Positions 63,900-64,000 of a stretch of DNA of 64,000 nt are shown here, in pieces (the stretch's first letter is position 1; the number at the start of each line of letters is the position of its first letter). The position numbers were made by a program, and so were the translations under genes. Source of the stretch: Octopus sinensis (lineage: Eukaryota); the NCBI RefSeq assembly GCF_006345805.1, contig NC_043007.1:28210001-28274000 (forward strand), in the 5' to 3' direction. The notes beneath the pieces were generated by a model, which had not been told where the DNA came from, did not search any database, and saw only the letters and a list, made by a program, of their open reading frames with translations.

Positions 63900-64000
63900 T
63901 AAGATGTTAGCAAACCAGAGAAGATGCTTAGTGGCATTTTGTCCGTTTTCATATTCTGAGTCTAAATTCCACCAAGGTTGACTTTGCCTTTCATCTTTTG
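63900..64000 (+). mobile_element. Partial SINE A at the window edge
   Basis: ttctgagtctaaattccaccaaggttgactttgcctttcatc. Confidence 0.75.

Overview
AT-rich, repeat-dense eukaryotic genomic DNA with spliceosomal introns. The SINE/LINE families look like those of octopus (coleoid cephalopod); this is inference from recognition, not a search. One multi-exon gene can be rebuilt by eye on the minus strand: the last 8 coding exons (61929 down to 35378, all GT-AG, all phases consistent, 335 aa) of a Tuba/DNMBP-ARHGEF37/38-family protein, giving a BAR domain, a short linker and a single C-terminal SH3. Its 5' part lies beyond the right edge. One isolated plus-strand exon encoding a transmembrane helix (33683-33819) points towards it. 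The rest is mobile and repetitive DNA: a cluster of R4/Dong-type (restriction-like endonuclease) retroelement remnants in (TAA)n arrays at 3.4-9.4 kb, many RTE LINE fragments, three tRNA-type SINE families, piggyBac-like MITEs, probable Helitron ends, a ~2 kb local duplication and many microsatellites. Two large tandem arrays stand out. One is a ~9.85 kb satellite (23259-33109) written almost entirely in two pentamers, TTAAC and GTCAT, with internal higher-order duplications. The other is a ~3.5 kb array of a 66-bp unit expanded from an RTE 3' UTR inside an intron; it accounts for the three >1100-aa ORFs, which are probably not genes. No CRISPR array, rRNA gene or true tRNA gene was seen. There is a 100-N assembly gap at 17011-17110.
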